Source of the DNA: Neophaeotheca triangularis | Taxonomy: Eukaryota | NCBI GenBank assembly: GCA_054600435.1 | Contig: BAAIJX010000031.1 | Coordinates: 186,001-250,000 of the forward strand | Direction of reading: 5' to 3' | Length of the DNA: 64,000 nt | Shown: positions 12,549 to 26,005 of the stretch, piece after piece | Layout of the letters: every line of letters starts with the position of its first letter | How positions within the stretch are numbered: position 1 is the first letter of the stretch | Position numbers and translations under genes: made by a program | Notes under the pieces: model-generated | The model's input: the letters and a program-made list of their open reading frames with translations, nothing else | What the model was told of the DNA's origin: nothing | The model's database searches: none

Positions 12549-14193
12549 ATGGGCAGTGCCAACTATCACACCTCCTCTTCTGCTCTAAGTACAGTCATCT
12601 CGGACTTCGCCCCTCACTTCTCGGAATAACGAGTCAATACCGACTCTGCTGTCCTCTCTGCTATCCGAAATGCCCATTGGGGTTCTCACGTCACCCCTAT
12701 CCAGGGACACAAATGTTCTCTCAAAGGCTACGCGGAAGTAGGCCATACGACTATTCAAATCCTCACGACACATATGGAAAACGTATGGGAGCGCGACTAC
12801 AAGGCCCCGAGTAGCCGGCTTCAACGCAGCGAAGGCACACTTGACGATGAACACAGCTTTGCACAGTATAGCTACTAGTAAAGAGACAACAGCTATACCA
12901 TCTACATGGTCTCCTGGATGGACCATATAAGAGGCAGAATCTGCAACTACTACATCCTCTCCCCCTTATCCACCCTTTCAGCCGACTCCCAACACTCTAC
13001 AGCCACCGACAGCCTAATTCTCCACGCTAGCGAATGGCCAAGCGATCTCCATGAAGAAATCTACGTCTTCGAGAACGGCCGCTGGAGCAAGAATGCTAAA
13101 CTCTTCCAAAGCGTCCAAGCCAGCACATGGGATGACGTCATCCTCGACCCAGCCATGAAAGCAACCTTAATCCGTGACGTTGAAAGCTTCTTCAACAACC
13201 GCGGCCCTCTACGAGACCCATCCGGTCCCCTGGAAACGCGGGCTGCTCATGCACGGCCAACCAGGCTGCGGCAAAACCATCTCTATCAAGGCTCTGATGC
13301 GCAGCCTCGCCTCGCGCCCCGACCCCGTTGCCAGCCTATACGTCAAATCCCTCGATGCCTGTAAGGGTCCGCAATAGAGCATCCGTAGCGTTTTCAACCA
13401 CACGCGAGCCATGGCGCCCTGCATACTCGTCTTCGAAGACCTCGACTCTCTCGTCACAGACAAGGTGCGCAGCTACTTCCTTAATGAAGTCGACGGCTTG
13501 GAGGAGAACGACGGCGTTTTGATGCTAGGGTCGATTAACTACCTCGATCGTCTGGGCTCGAGCATCGCCAAACGTCCGTCGCGGTTTGACCGCAAGTATC
13601 ATTATAAACTCCCCAGTGTGAAGGAGCGGCTGCTGTACGTGCAGTATTGGAAGCGGAAACTGGTGGCCAAACCCAACCTCGACTTTTCCCATGAGCTTTA
13701 CGGCGTTATCGCGAGGTTGAGTGAGGGGTTTAGTTTCGCGTATTTGAAGGAGCTATTTGTGCAGTGCTTGCTTAGTATTGTTAGTGGACGAAGTGGGTTC
13801 GACGAAATGGAGGACAGGAAACAGGGAAGTAAGAACTTGCAGACGGTTGCCGCGGAAGCAGAGGTCGGGGAGGGGTCTACGAAGCATGTGGCTCAGTACG
13901 AGAATGTCGTTTCCTATAACCCTGCGGAGGAGGAGGCGCAGACGAGCGTTTCGAGAGACGCTGTTGATCTCCCTGCAGTTGAAATATCAGAGGCTTTAGG
14001 GAAGAATCCTTTCTTTCAGATTCTGCGTGAACAGATCGGCGCTTTGGTCAAGGAGATGGATATTTATGAGAGTGGGGGAGGTGAAGGCAAAAAGGACGAA
14101 GTCGTCACCGGCGACGATGAAGGAGTGGTAACAGCGCAAAGGCGCACAGTTGCTCGTCAAAGACACTTAATCGAAGGCCTCAAATGGTCTTAG
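12549..14193 (+). pseudogene. AAA+ ATPase pseudogene
   Basis: WDDVILDPAMK, Walker A GQPGCGKT, Walker B ILVFEDLDSL, FLNEVDGLE and SRH KRPSRFDRKY. Interrupted by TAA/TAG stops (e.g. 13375) and a frameshift near 13200. Confidence 0.85.
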
Positions 14194-16001
14194 GGAGGCG
14201 TTAGATAGATGCCCATAACATCACAATCCGGCCGTGAACTTGTCCGCATCAGGAGTATCTTGTAAGCGTCTCCTGAAGCCTCAACGGTTGAGGCTGTCAG
14301 CGATGCTTCGCGCTTTTCTCTCGTCTGCCTCGCCTCGGATGCGATATGCTGAGATTGACGCTCTGTTGATGCCTAAATCGCATCGTTTGTATCCTTTGAA
14401 GTCAATCCCAGGTATACTATCCCGTGTTCAATGTTCATTTTGCTAGTCGTGATGTCGTTGTTAATATTTCTAAGTTCCTCGTTGGTCCACACGCCTATAT
14501 CGACTCCTAACAAAGTGAGCGCCAGCCCCAGTGTGTCGGGACTGTTTTCCACATCGCTCGCAAGCCCTACAATTCTCTCTTTCTTGCATGGGTAGATCGT
14601 CTCGCGACCGAAAGCCTTGCCCTCGGAAGCTACTATATGTGTTAGTGTTTCGTCTGGGTCTTGTTCGACATCTATCTTGTCTATCGCCCCCTAGATCTTT
14701 CCCCCCAGCCTCCTCACGTCTCTCGAGAGCAGATTCGACGTTTGCACGTGGCTTTGCGACTGCGCCATCGCATCTGATGGTGGCTATAATGGCGCTCGAA
14801 ACCGCTTAAAGGTCTAGCAATCAGGCCCGGTGTCTATGATATCTTCTTCGGCGTGCTTAAGCGCTTGGAGGTAGGTATACACATCTTCAAAGAGGTCTCA
14901 AGTCGGGGGCGGATACACAAATCATGTCTGCTTAGGCCGCTGCTTCAAAGGAGAGTCGAAGTACTTCGACAAACGTCTCTCGACAATATCTTCTACACTT
15001 TCGAACGCATTCACTGTTGCAACTCCTGATAGCACTAACAGGAAAAGCCCGACGAAAATCATGAAGAAGCTAAAGCCGAACAATGGGTTCTACGTCACAA
15101 GGCTGGCTATAAGCCCTCTAAAACCGAAACCATGAGAACCGCAAAAACAGCATTAGGACAAACTGTATGAAGTGTGAGTGACATGTCGCGCAAGGGATCA
15201 GGTTACGCAGGCATAGGAGAAACGAACGCCAGGAGAAGAACATACTTGCCATAGTCTTCCTCCCTTCCTACCCAACACAAAGAATGACCATAACATCCTT
15301 GTAAACGACACAACCATCCTCGTCCCCAAAAGTCTCCGCATATTTCCTAACCGACCACGCACGCATCTCATGCCCATTCCCAATATGCCACCGCGCCGCT
15401 ATCTGCCTTGCATGGCCAATTGGCAAACATCGCTTCGAGACTAGCAGCTGCGCAACAAACCCGCGGACCTGGTGCGGTGTTGCTTAGTTATTGGGGATAT
15501 TGATGGAGCCATCGGGTTTTTGTGAAAGGGTGTGCGATCCTGTGTACAGGTGCTGGATCTCATCAGCTTCGCTGGAGTGGTCGTGATCAGGAGTCTTTCC
15601 CGCCTTGTGGGCAACGTCAGCGCTTCTCATCTCTTGCACCTTTGACTTCAGGTTGATGATGTTTGACTTGGATGACTGATGCTTTGTGTGCTTTCGAGTG
15701 TCAAATCAAGCTGACACGCTGTGGCAAGCGGGCGCTTTACTTGATGAAGTGTTAGGGTGGCGGCTACTCGGCGTAATGAAATGTGCACTCGAGTCCCGCG
15801 GGTGGACTGACAATTGCAGTTACAAGTGGATGTGTAATTAGTGTTGAGCACATAGCCAATCTATACAGCTAGCTTTACGATTGCTTCGTACGGATCGGTA
15901 CTTCGTTACCTGGCTGAAAGCTCTAACACATCGCTCACTCCTCGAGCGTTCGATAATATGGGTACATCGACAGGCGAAGACCACAATCACAACACGAAAT
16001 C

Positions 16002-16560
16002 CTACACCCCGCAAATCCTACCCACGCTCTCAACAGTCACCTCCCGCGCCACCTCTCTGTCAGCCCCAAATCTAAGCATGCTCCCACTATGATACGGCGG
16101 CCAACCTTCCTCCGCTAGTCCAATCTCTAGGTTTCTCATAAAAGCTAACAACAAATTCTGCATTCTGTGGGTAACCGCATAAGCCCGGGGTAAAGACTCG
16201 CCCTGCCCAATAGAAAAGTCAGAATGTGTGCCCATCGCTATAGGCAAGTCAGCGGTGTGATCAGCTCCCATACAGGGGAGAGGGGAGACGTTCCAGAATT
16301 TGCCTGAGTAGAGGAAGCGTCAGGTGATCAGACCTGCCTGCTCGCGCAGCTGGGAAGTCTGATGACCGCAAACCGTTGTAACGGTTACCGGCGGACCGCC
16401 ATAGTCCTCGGCGGGCTTTTGCTTCTTGGGTCGGCAAGAAAGGTCGTGGATCATGTGAAGTTGATATACTACGTCGTGAAAAGCAGTCATCACCATTATG
16501 TCCTACTAGCCACTGCCCTGCATGTTGCGATTGCAACGTCAATTAGCTCCTAGACCAGCT
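16002..16560 (-). pseudogene. Type-B carboxylesterase C-terminal fragment
   Basis: GADHTADLPIAMGT (catalytic His region), MQNLLLAFMRN and GWPPY...MLRFG. Upstream part is frameshifted. Confidence 0.65.
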
Positions 16561-16678
16561 ATTACATGGGGCAACGGCTAAGGCCGCGGAGCGTCGATAT
16601 TACTACGACGAAGACCGCGCTCCATGAGAGTTGATTCTGGCATGTCGAAGTTGAAGACATTGTAGACATGCAGGTCGG

Positions 16679-17850
16679 TCAAGGTGGAAGATCCTGGTTC
16701 GAGGACATTGGTGTAGGAGTGACCCAACCCTCGAACCAAGGGCGATAAACTGTCTGAATCCAGTGCATTATCATGAGCAGCGATGCGATGACTTTGAAGG
16801 CTCCCGTATGCGTTGAGATGTCGCCAAGGGGAAGATCAGAGTACATAGAAGTACCGGTTAAGCTTCCTTCGTCGTCGTAATCGCCGCGGGCCAAGTAGAA
16901 TGACCACTAAGGACCGCTGCAGGCGAGTTGGGGCAGATGAGTGCTCTTGTCGTGGGGTTTAAGTGGCCTTTACGTAGCGTTCACATGCAAGCAGCAGCCC
17001 ATCGTCAGTTTGCTGTAATCATTGAAGGGATCGGAATGCGTGGCGAAGCTTATGTTGCATGTTGAAGACGCAAGGGTGAATGATTGCCTATTCCTGTGCG
17101 CTGTGACCCCCGGCTTAGCTGTCTGAGGTTTCTGGCAGATAAAGCGCACCTGCTTTCTCATGCCGGCGTTGAAGTGGAGGGTAGTAGAGGTCCCCTCTAC
17201 CGACAGTGAGTACGAAAATTCTCCATCTCAGCCTCACGGCTACTCGGGATTTGGATATCCGTGCCCTTTAATGCCGCTTCGCTGCTTGCGCCTCGCCTGA
17301 TGCGACCTAGCTACTTAAGTTGGTCGTGGGGGATGATTCCATTCTTAGCTGACCTCAACGAATCGGTCCTGGACTTTGCGTATCTCCAGTGCTGTGGGTA
17401 GGAGCGGGAATCTCATGACATATCCGGATGCCTGGCCTAATTACAGATTAAGTTTCCCCCAACAGAGCAGTATCTAGCGCTTGAAGCGTCGTTGATCCTG
17501 ACTCTGGCCGGTCTAGGTCTTCCTCGTCACCCCAATCTCTGCCCGACGTCAATAACAGGCATGAGATGGTCATTATCTCTCTTCCTCACGTGCTTTCAAT
17601 GTCGCAGCTCCGGGAGTGTCGCTCCAACGTGTTTTGATGGCGCTATGAATACTTCCTGAACGGCCTCCGGATCCCTACATCGCCATCGCGCACGATTGCA
17701 CCGAAGGTGATCATGAGCTGTTCGTAGTCGCCGCAGCCTTGGCGAGAAGGACCTTTTGGCGCTGTTCCGAAGGTAGTGAGGTGATCTTGTGCGCACACAA
17801 CAAGTACTTCTAGTCAAGGGTACAAGAATCGCCGTCGCTACATTTGCCAT
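16679..17850 (-). pseudogene. Decayed PD-(D/E)XK nuclease-like gene
   Basis: C-terminal LPQLACSGP*WSFYLAR and LGDISTHTGAFKVIASLLMIMHWIQTVYRPWFE resemble the C-terminus of the intact family member at 26-27.7 kb. The 5' boundary is uncertain. Confidence 0.5.
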
Positions 17851-20800
17851 GGGTCGCTATAACTGTGATTCCTAACCACGTGATATGCTGATGTCACGGA
17901 CTTTCCGTGACATTAGGCAGAGCCTGATATAGAGCCTAGTGGTCATGCCGAGCCTAGTAGGTGCGCTGAAAATGTAGCGTTTAGGCTGAAGACACAATAG
18001 ATACAGTTACTAGGTAAGGGGAACCACGACGAACAATTGCCGCGAGACACAAGAAGCAAGGGACGTCACTATACAATTATCATTAGTACTCCCCATTGAC
18101 TTTGTGCGTATGTTACGCAATTACTGCGTTTGTAGCACTTCTCTCTAACGGCTAGTACCAGCCTTCGACATGACTTTGTCATCTGTCGCAGGTAAGACAG
18201 CGTCCTGTTCGCATTACCTGTTTCTCCTGCCTACGCTGAATCAGCGTTGCGTACAGTTGTTACATAGGATCTTCTCTATACTGACCCTACAGCACGGCGG
18301 GCACTTGTAAAACCGATCGGTACCAGAGGCTTGCGAGCCTTTGCTCTTGCGTTCGCGTGGAGTACCACGCAGCAAGGCTCCATCACACTCCAAGATATTG
18401 CGATATCCTTCGGGATGTCGACTGTATGAACGCATATGACAAATCGCCGCGGCGCTGGCATGATCTCAGTGCATATCTCGTTAAGGTCTTGGGTATATGA
18501 AAGCTACTGAAAGCTCTTCTATCTCGGCAATAGAGGTAATTTAGGGTTGACAAGAGCGAAGCTAACTGGGAATAAAGCTGCTCATAAGGTACGGCAACCC
18601 CACCTTGTGCACACGCTCGCTTATGCTATAAGTTTCACATAGATGCGACTCGTTGTGTACTCGAGCCGCTTGGAGGGCTAGATACACCCATGCTCTCCTT
18701 ACAACTGCGCAAACTCGTACGGTAGGTCGAAGTCATTGGCTGCTACGTACTCGACAAAGCGCCAGTGCTTACGCTTCTTGGGCGGGTTACTACCGAAGCT
18801 CTTTCAAGCCAGCATTGCGTATCGTCCAGCCGCTCGACAGGAGCTTCCAACCCCACCACCCCGCCAACCTTAGATCTCAAGCTCGCTACGGAGGCAGTCG
18901 CGATGCTTACTGACGCGCAGTCGACGAGCTGCGGCCCCAAACAAGCGGAATGGGTTCATGACTCTGCGCGGCACGATCGCATCAATCGCAACGTTTGTTC
19001 GCTGCTCTGCTTTGGGAATGCGGCCGCGCAGAACGGTAGAAACCGACTTCGGAGAAGTTGCAATCCGCACTGGTGCGTCGCTCTACTTGGCTGAGTTCCG
19101 ACGACACTGCAGAGATGCGCCCGTAATTACAAGCATTCGTGTCGAGCAGCTGCGCCGTATCTTGTCCCGACTCGGTGTAGAAGCGAATCTTTTCTGTGAG
19201 CCGTCTGTAGAGTTGTGGTTGACTGTCCTGGGAGCTCTAGAGGCTATGGCACTGCTACTTGCGCGTCGAAGCTTCATTGAAGTGGAACAAATCGAGGCTG
19301 AGCTCGGCACGGTCGGTTGGCACGGCGGGCTGTACGCTAGATCTTCTGAGGGCTTTGTTTGAAAGATGTTCTCGCCGTATATGGTGATTTTGTAGAGGGC
19401 AGCGGACGAGCTTGCTTTGCCTATCATGAAGATGTAGAAATGAGTGGGCTCCGTATGACTTGCGAAATATCTTGTTGTTGCTGGAGGAGACATCCAAAAA
19501 GGCTCGATCTTACCTCCGAGCTCCTCTCCGCATTACTTGAGCATTCTACTGGTAGTTCATTGGCGGTTTACAAGCTGTTGTGTCTCCCCCGCTCGTTGTG
19601 TAAGTGCGCTGTATGGTCCTCACGGGGCTCGCTCTATACCCTAACACTATAAGCCGTCCGATGAGTGTTCCATGTCCGATATTGCCCGGTACGTTTTTGC
19701 GCACAACACGGCGGGTAGCGCAGGGTTTCTTGTAAGGGGCGTGGTCAAGTTTGCAGCGTGCAGTCGGGAAGTAGTTGCACTGGGTCTTGGCACCAAACGT
19801 TCAAGCCAAGCTTTACCTCCATTCATTGCTCCCACTAATCTGCATTCCATCTTCCGTCCCGACCTTCAGTTCATCAAGGAGCATCACCAGCCATCGTCAA
19901 GATGGATCGAAATTGCTGCTGCAACAAGCAGACCTGGTTTGATGCGTGCAAATATCCTTCTGTACAGTTCAGCTTCTTTCGCTTTCCTCTCTTCATCCTT
20001 CCTGTTGTCGCATCCCTGCTTTTCCTACTGGACAAGAAGTACAGTCCTTTCCTCGATCGAGACCCCCCAACCGCCGATCCGATCCCTATTTTCGAGAAAT
20101 AGGAAAAGACGGTGGTAGATGTCGACAATCAGGCCCCCGCGCGTGGGGATGAGCACATAGAGCAATGGCAGAAATGGCTAAGAAATAGCGCATGGTTCTA
20201 TCACCTGGGCTTCACATGGCAGCAAGGCATCTTGCTCGATGCCAGTGGCAAGCCGTCATTCGTTGACAGCACATGCACAGTGGCTGTGTTCGAGACACTC
20301 AGTCTGCTCTTTGCTGCTCCCGTCGCCGACGGAAAGACGCGAAGGGTATACGCTTTCACAGTGTTGGGCTGGGCGGCTTGGGCTATCGAGGGTGAAGGTG
20401 ATGGTGCTGGGTAGGAGAAGAGCGATCAACTTTAGTGGTACGGCATCGGGGGTTCAGGCTAGGCTAGGCAGAAAGGGCGAATGTATAACCTACCATATAG
20501 GTGTTTCACTAGCGGTTTTATGCAGACGACCGACCGACATTCGAAGAAGTCCACGACCCCCGCGTTCGTTGAAGAATAACTCAGTCGGCCATAGGGCTAT
20601 TCGCGTTACTACACTATGAAGGTAGGCTTTTCACTCTTTCTTTCATTCTACCGGGATGAGCGTGGCCAAGTAAACGACCCATCCTGTCTACCTGTCTACT
20701 TGCCTACCTGCTGCATGCCTTCTAAAGCAACGGGTATCCTACACGTAGAATCACAGGGAAACAAAAGGGGCGAGACTTTCCACCGTCTAACGTCATGTAC

Positions 20801-20999
20801 CATCCCACTCTTCGTCATCCATCCCACTGTTCCCCCTTCAAAGAAGTATCGTCTCCGTCCAAAAGTCTTCCGAGAACGGTAAACTAAGCTCTTCGCCGGC
20901 TCACCAAGAAGTTATAGCATCCTGCTCAATCGTATCCAAAGTGCCTGCAAACACGCTCAGACGCTAAACGCAGGCGTCTTGACAAGCGTCATCCTCCCG

Positions 21000-21927
21000 C
21001 GTACCTGACCGGGATGCCATCCTCTAACCTGTGCAGGTTGACACCGATGCCAGCGGCGAATCCGTCATGATGCCTAGGGAGCCACTTATCAATACGGAAT
21101 CCCGCGACTCCACGTTTCGTGTCTGGAGATTGCCTCATCAAGGCAATCCTCACGTCTAGCAAGCTGGTCGGCCGGCCAACGACTCCGACAACCCCTTCTT
21201 CTCACGCACGCTCACAGGTCACCACAACAATGTCCGTGCCATCGCCGCCTATGGCGACACCCTTATCTCCGGCCCCTATGACTGCACCGTGCGCGTCTGC
21301 GAAATTAGTACCGGAAATTCCACCCACCGTCTTCAAGGCCACACCCGAAAAGTCTACTCAGTCGTACTCAACCAAGGCCGCAAACGCTGCATCTCAGGCT
21401 CTATGGACAACCTCGTTAAAGTCTGGAACCTAACCAACGGGTCCTGCCTCTTCAACCTCGAAGGCCATACCTCTCTGGTCGGCCTCCTAGACCTCTCGCA
21501 CGACCGCCTTGTCTCAGCTGCCGCGGATGGCACACTCCGCATCTGTGACCTAGAGCAAGGCTCTTACAAAGCCACCCTCTCGGCCCATGCAGGCGCTATC
21601 GCCTGTTTCCAGCACGACAGCTAGAAAAACATCTCCACATCTGACCGCACGCTCAAGATGTAGAACGTTAAGAACGGCGAGTACGTGCTCGACCTCCTAA
21701 CCGATCTCAGTGGGATTTGGCAGGTGCGGTTTGATGAGCGCTGGTGTGCGGCTGCAGTCCAGAGAGACTGGATAACGTACATCGAGGTGCTGGATTTTGG
21801 CGCGCAGTGGGATCGGGTCGGTGGGGAGGAGAGGGCCCAGAGGATCGTGGTGGATCAGACTGGGAAGAGGATCACAGAGGTTGAGAGTGCGCCTAGGGTT
21901 AGCGGCTGTGGAGACGGTCGAGGCTGA
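21000..21927 (+). pseudogene. WD40 C-terminal part of a Cdc4-like F-box/WD40 protein
   Basis: RTLTGHHNNVRAIAAYGDTLISG, LQGHTRKVYSVVLNQGRKRCISGSMDNLVKVW, LEGHTSLVGLLDLSHDRLVSAAAD and DLLTDLSGIWQVRFDERWCAAAVQR...YIEVLDFG match filamentous-fungal Cdc4. TAG stops at 21622 and 21661; no F-box. Confidence 0.8.
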
Positions 21928-22379
21928 AGAAGGAATTTGATGACCTGCGCCTCGCACCGATTGCACCGCACAGTCGAGGTCATCGCCACGACTTTCGAAC
22001 GTGCTTGCCTCCTTTTCCCCTTTCGACGAACCATCCAAAGTACTGCCCACATCGAGCACCGGTTACCCGTTATTCGAGTATGATTTGTCCTTCAGCTTCC
22101 GGCGTTCCTTCCTGACCGGCGTGTCACTCGAAGCTTACGCACATACGCGTCCAACTTGTGGGACGACTACATCGGAGGGAGGCATCACAACATGATAGCG
22201 TACAGCACGCCAGATCCTTTACGAGGCGTTATTACTCATCAAGCCAGTGAGCGTTACGGGGAAGGGTGGCAGCTTTACGACTGTAACTGGGCGTATGCAC
22301 TCTCTAGCTCTCCCAACTGCCGCAATCAAACTTACACATGCTACGGCTGTTGCTGAACTGGCCCCTGCGTCTACCGCTG

Positions 22380-23430
22380 GCTGTGCTAATTCTTCGGCTT
22401 GCTGTACCACCATGAAACGGGCCACCTTGATCACTGCCGACAATATCGACGGGAACGTGTCCGGGCCTCTAAATCCCGCGTCGCTTAGGCTGAGCCCCAA
22501 TGCTGCCAATCCGCAAACCAACGCCATGTCGTACTTACTGTTGTGGATCGTCTGGTTCAACAATTCGATGCAAAATGAAAAACATGCTTGCTGCGACCTG
22601 CCCTCCAACCTGCCTGTTGACTGCGCCTGTTCTACGCTCTCTGGCCGACGTTCTGTGCTGCTCCCTTCCTCCCTGCCTCCGTTGGTGCTGTTGCCTTCTT
22701 TTTCCTCGTCGCTCGTTGCTCTCTCCGTTGTCGTCGCTCTCCTCCCTACTACTGGAATCTCTTGACTCACTGCCTTCCGGACTCCCCGCTGCCTACATCC
22801 GCTGGAATGGCCCGTGCTGTCTTTGGCTGAACTTGTACTCAGGGCTTCTGCACGCGTGTCCTCTTTACGTGCATACAAAAAACATTAACAAATGCTACGA
22901 ATATTGCCCATGCTTGTCAATGTCGCCTCTGCTTTGGTACGGCTCTAACGGGCGGTGGATACTCTGCTGTGTATCTATGCGCATTGCCTCGAACCTCAGC
23001 GTAACACCGCTCTGGGCTACCGTGGCCTGGCTCGCTGCGGCAACTCCACCTATCGCCTGCCAGATTGCTGCCGCGATCCGTTACTCTACGTCTATCCCGC
23101 CCTCCCGACTACAGGCTGCTGTGTGCTGCGCACAATGTCCTTGCAGCGGCAACTTCCTAAAAACGGGATCCATCCTGTCCTCCTCAACCACGGGTTGACT
23201 TCGTTCGCCTCGCCTGGCTGTATGACGTCCTCGGCCCGGATCCGGTCATAACGCTGGCACGCCTCTGCCCACCCCTATGACCACTAATCTCCGTCGCTGA
23301 CCTGCCTACCCTCCCTCCCTTCGACGTTTTCCCGTACCTCGAAGTACTGCGAATGCTTCTTCTATACGAAAAATCGCTGGCAATGCACCTAACGGAGACT
23401 CTGCATGATCTAGCGGTCGATGCCCTGTTT
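22380..23430 (-). mobile_element. Fragment of a DUF3505 / telomere-linked-helicase-type gene (N-terminal half)
   Basis: EVNPWLRRTGWIPF, a CQRFF...QYFEV motif and CFSFCIELLNQ...ALVCGLAALGL...FPSILSAVIKVARFMVVQQA are typical of Tlh/RecQ-associated proteins. Disrupted. Confidence 0.7.
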
Positions 23431-23654
23431 CTTTAACGTCCCCGACCCGCCCCGCTGCCTGCGTGTACCGGTCTGTCGGTGCGCGCGCGCCCTCTCAAGC
23501 TCCTATAGTGGCCGCACTGGGCTTCGAGCGGCCGGCAACGGTATATCTCAATGGCTGTGCCGCTTCCCACGATGCCCGTCACTGTAAACCTGCCTATATT
23601 GGCCGTCTGCGTGTGTGTGTGGCAATCCGGATGGCCCTGTGCGCGTTTGCCTCT

Positions 23655-23760
23655 AACCCCAAACGAATCCAACGCGCCTGAATCTAACGCACCCCCAGCT
23701 GGCTTAATCCTAACCCTAACGTTCATACAAAATGAATCCAATGCGTACGCGCCGGATTCG
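23655..23760. repeat. Cluster of GAATCYAAYGC repeats plus a telomere-like CCTAACCCTAAC
   Basis: CGAATCCAACGCG at 23664, GAATCTAACGC at 23680, GAATCCAATGCG at 23734, inverted GGATTCG at 23754; CCTAACCCTAAC at 23709-23720. Confidence 0.7.
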
Positions 23761-23884
23761 ACTTTCCATGGTAGGTCCAATTTTTTTGCCCCGTTCGATG
23801 TAACGTTCCCTGTGCTAGCGAGGGGTTTTCCTGGTTCACGTCTTGAAGCGAGGCCAGCCTCGTCATTAGTCCATCCATTTTCCT

Positions 23885-24125
23885 CTACATTTCTCCTTTC
23901 CAGCCCGGCCTTGATGGGAGCATCTGGAAAGTAGCCAGTAGGTTGGACGAACGCTCAAGCCCGTTGTACCTTTGATAAGTCGGAGCTACAATCGCATCGC
24001 CCCGTCCTACAAGCAGATATTCGTGCCAGACACGACTGTTCTCGAGATACCGGCGTATAATATCCGCCTGTAGCTTCGCGGGGAAGGCAGTCTCGAGAGC
24101 GTATGCGCTGGCGTGTGTCAATGCT
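23885..24125 (-). mobile_element. C-terminal fragment of a Tlh-type recombinase-like domain
   Basis: THASAYALETAFPAKLQADIIRRYLENSRVWHEYL parallels GANRYGVSLDVIKHLSSRSIDNFRPLCQKWHEFL in the 28.5-33.2 kb element. Confidence 0.55.
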
Positions 24126-25199
24126 TGTGTCCAGCCTGCAAGGCAAGTGGCTGCAGCAATCTATCATAGTCTTTATCAGTATGTGCATCGAATGGTTCAC
24201 TGTATTCGAGTGGTAGACTGATTGTTGAGAATATTCTACGCCGATTGATAAACGACCTCGGGCACTTCTACCCGTCGCTGCTGTTTGGTCACATGCTCTT
24301 GTTCAAGTACATGGTTACTGTTCATGTTGCATGCAGGTAAGATACGGCTCTCGGAGTGAGTGAATTTCGTAGCGATCTCATCGATCCTATGCCGAAGTTC
24401 TCAGGGAGAACGCCACTCTAGGAGGCATTGATAGCTGTTACTGATGAAGGAACCAAGTTCGGAATTCGGTGACAAGGCTTTCCGAATGGTCAGGTGGACC
24501 TTGCATGCGTTGCGCTAAACTGAAATAGGAACTAACAGCTGCTGACGACCGCAATGCACGCTTTGGGAATGGCTAGGCGTACGCAACACTTACAGATGAC
24601 CTTGACCGGTGGCTACGCAAGGCCAATGAGTTGAGGAGCTTCGCTTGAGCGCCCGAAACGCTGACGGTCGACTTAGTGCACCCTGTGCTTCCTTGCACAT
24701 TGCATTGCACATACACTGCTTCCGCGTGGGGTTACTTCCGCATATGCAGGTCTCGCCGCCCAGGAATCGTTTTCGGTTGAAGTCGCGTCTTGTTGATACC
24801 GGAAAGTTCCAAAAATTAGGCACGCGGCTCAGCCTCGATGCCAGAGAAGCCAAGGGCGCAACTTGTGACCAGCGTTGCGCTTGTCTATTGGACGCCGCAC
24901 ATCGCAGCATTTTGAGACGGATGGATATGGAATGATAAGAAAAGGTGATGCGTAGCGGCACAAATATCAGTCTTTCAACGAGTTCTTTCCGGGGCAGGTA
25001 GCTCTGACCTGCGCAAGTTCTTCAGGCCGGCTTACGTTAGTTTGCTGTACGGCAAGAAAGCACCGCCTAGCACGCACGCGTTTCATAAGATGGGAAGGAT
25101 ACACCGGTGAAGAGTCCGCACAGCCATCAGTAAAGCGTACCAATACACCTCATAGCTTGTTGCATATATTGAAAGTGGTAGAGACGCATGTAGACAGAT

Positions 25200-25840
25200 G
25201 CGTTGAAAGGTGGTATAGATTGATTGGCCGAGCTCGGTTCCGAAATCTATATTGCATGCAATGAATGCGGCTTGCTGGCAGAGTGCGGGATTAACTATGG
25301 AAAGAAGACCCTCAGATATACACAGCAAATAGCGCTGTTGACGTTCGACTTGACGTTGACCTGGACCCATTCCTCAGAAATAGACGAAGATGCCAGCCTA
25401 CCAAATTCCCTGTGCTCCAACACGTTACGTGTTTACGCGTGTTTCTATAATGGACCTGCTACATCTTCAATCTGTTGATAATATCCTGTGCCATGAGGTG
25501 TTGTAGCCTTAAAGCGATAGCTGGCCCAAGTATTGCGGCTTCTCCACATTGCTCGCTGTCAAACAGGATTCGACAACGATTATCAACTGGCTGCATAAAG
25601 GTCTGCAGAGTAACAGATCTCTCTTTCTCGCTACTACAGCCGACGTAAAGAGTCTTAGCCAGCCATTCGTGTCTGGATTCGAAAAGTCTCGCCCAAGTAC
25701 CGCAAACGAGATGACGGAAAAGCCCACATTCGATCCCTTCGCAGACATCTATCGTCTCCCTCGTACACAAGCCGGTTAAACGGACGGCGATTATCATGAA
25801 ATCTACGACATCTACAGCCTTGGTATCGTCTTGTCAGGAT
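25200..25840 (+). pseudogene. Fungal kinase-like domain fragment (type usually fused to a HeLo domain)
   Basis: WLHKGLQSNRSLF, PFVSGFEKSRP, DIYRLPRTQ and YDIYSLGIVL. Contains a stop and is truncated. Confidence 0.65.
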
Positions 25841-26005
25841 TGCATCCGGATGTCGTATCGAGAACGCTGCGGGACATTTTAGATGGTGGTGGTAGTGGGT
25901 GGTCGAAGACCTCACGAAGGCGTTGTTGTCTGTGCCAAGGATACCAATTTGTCGCGCTAGCAACTGCCGAGGCACACTGGAGTACACAGCACAACACCCA
26001 CGCCT

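Noticed and set aside
23433..23934. ORFs with GALDSF / ESNAP peptide repeats
   Set aside because: These are translations of the non-coding DNA repeats on both strands.
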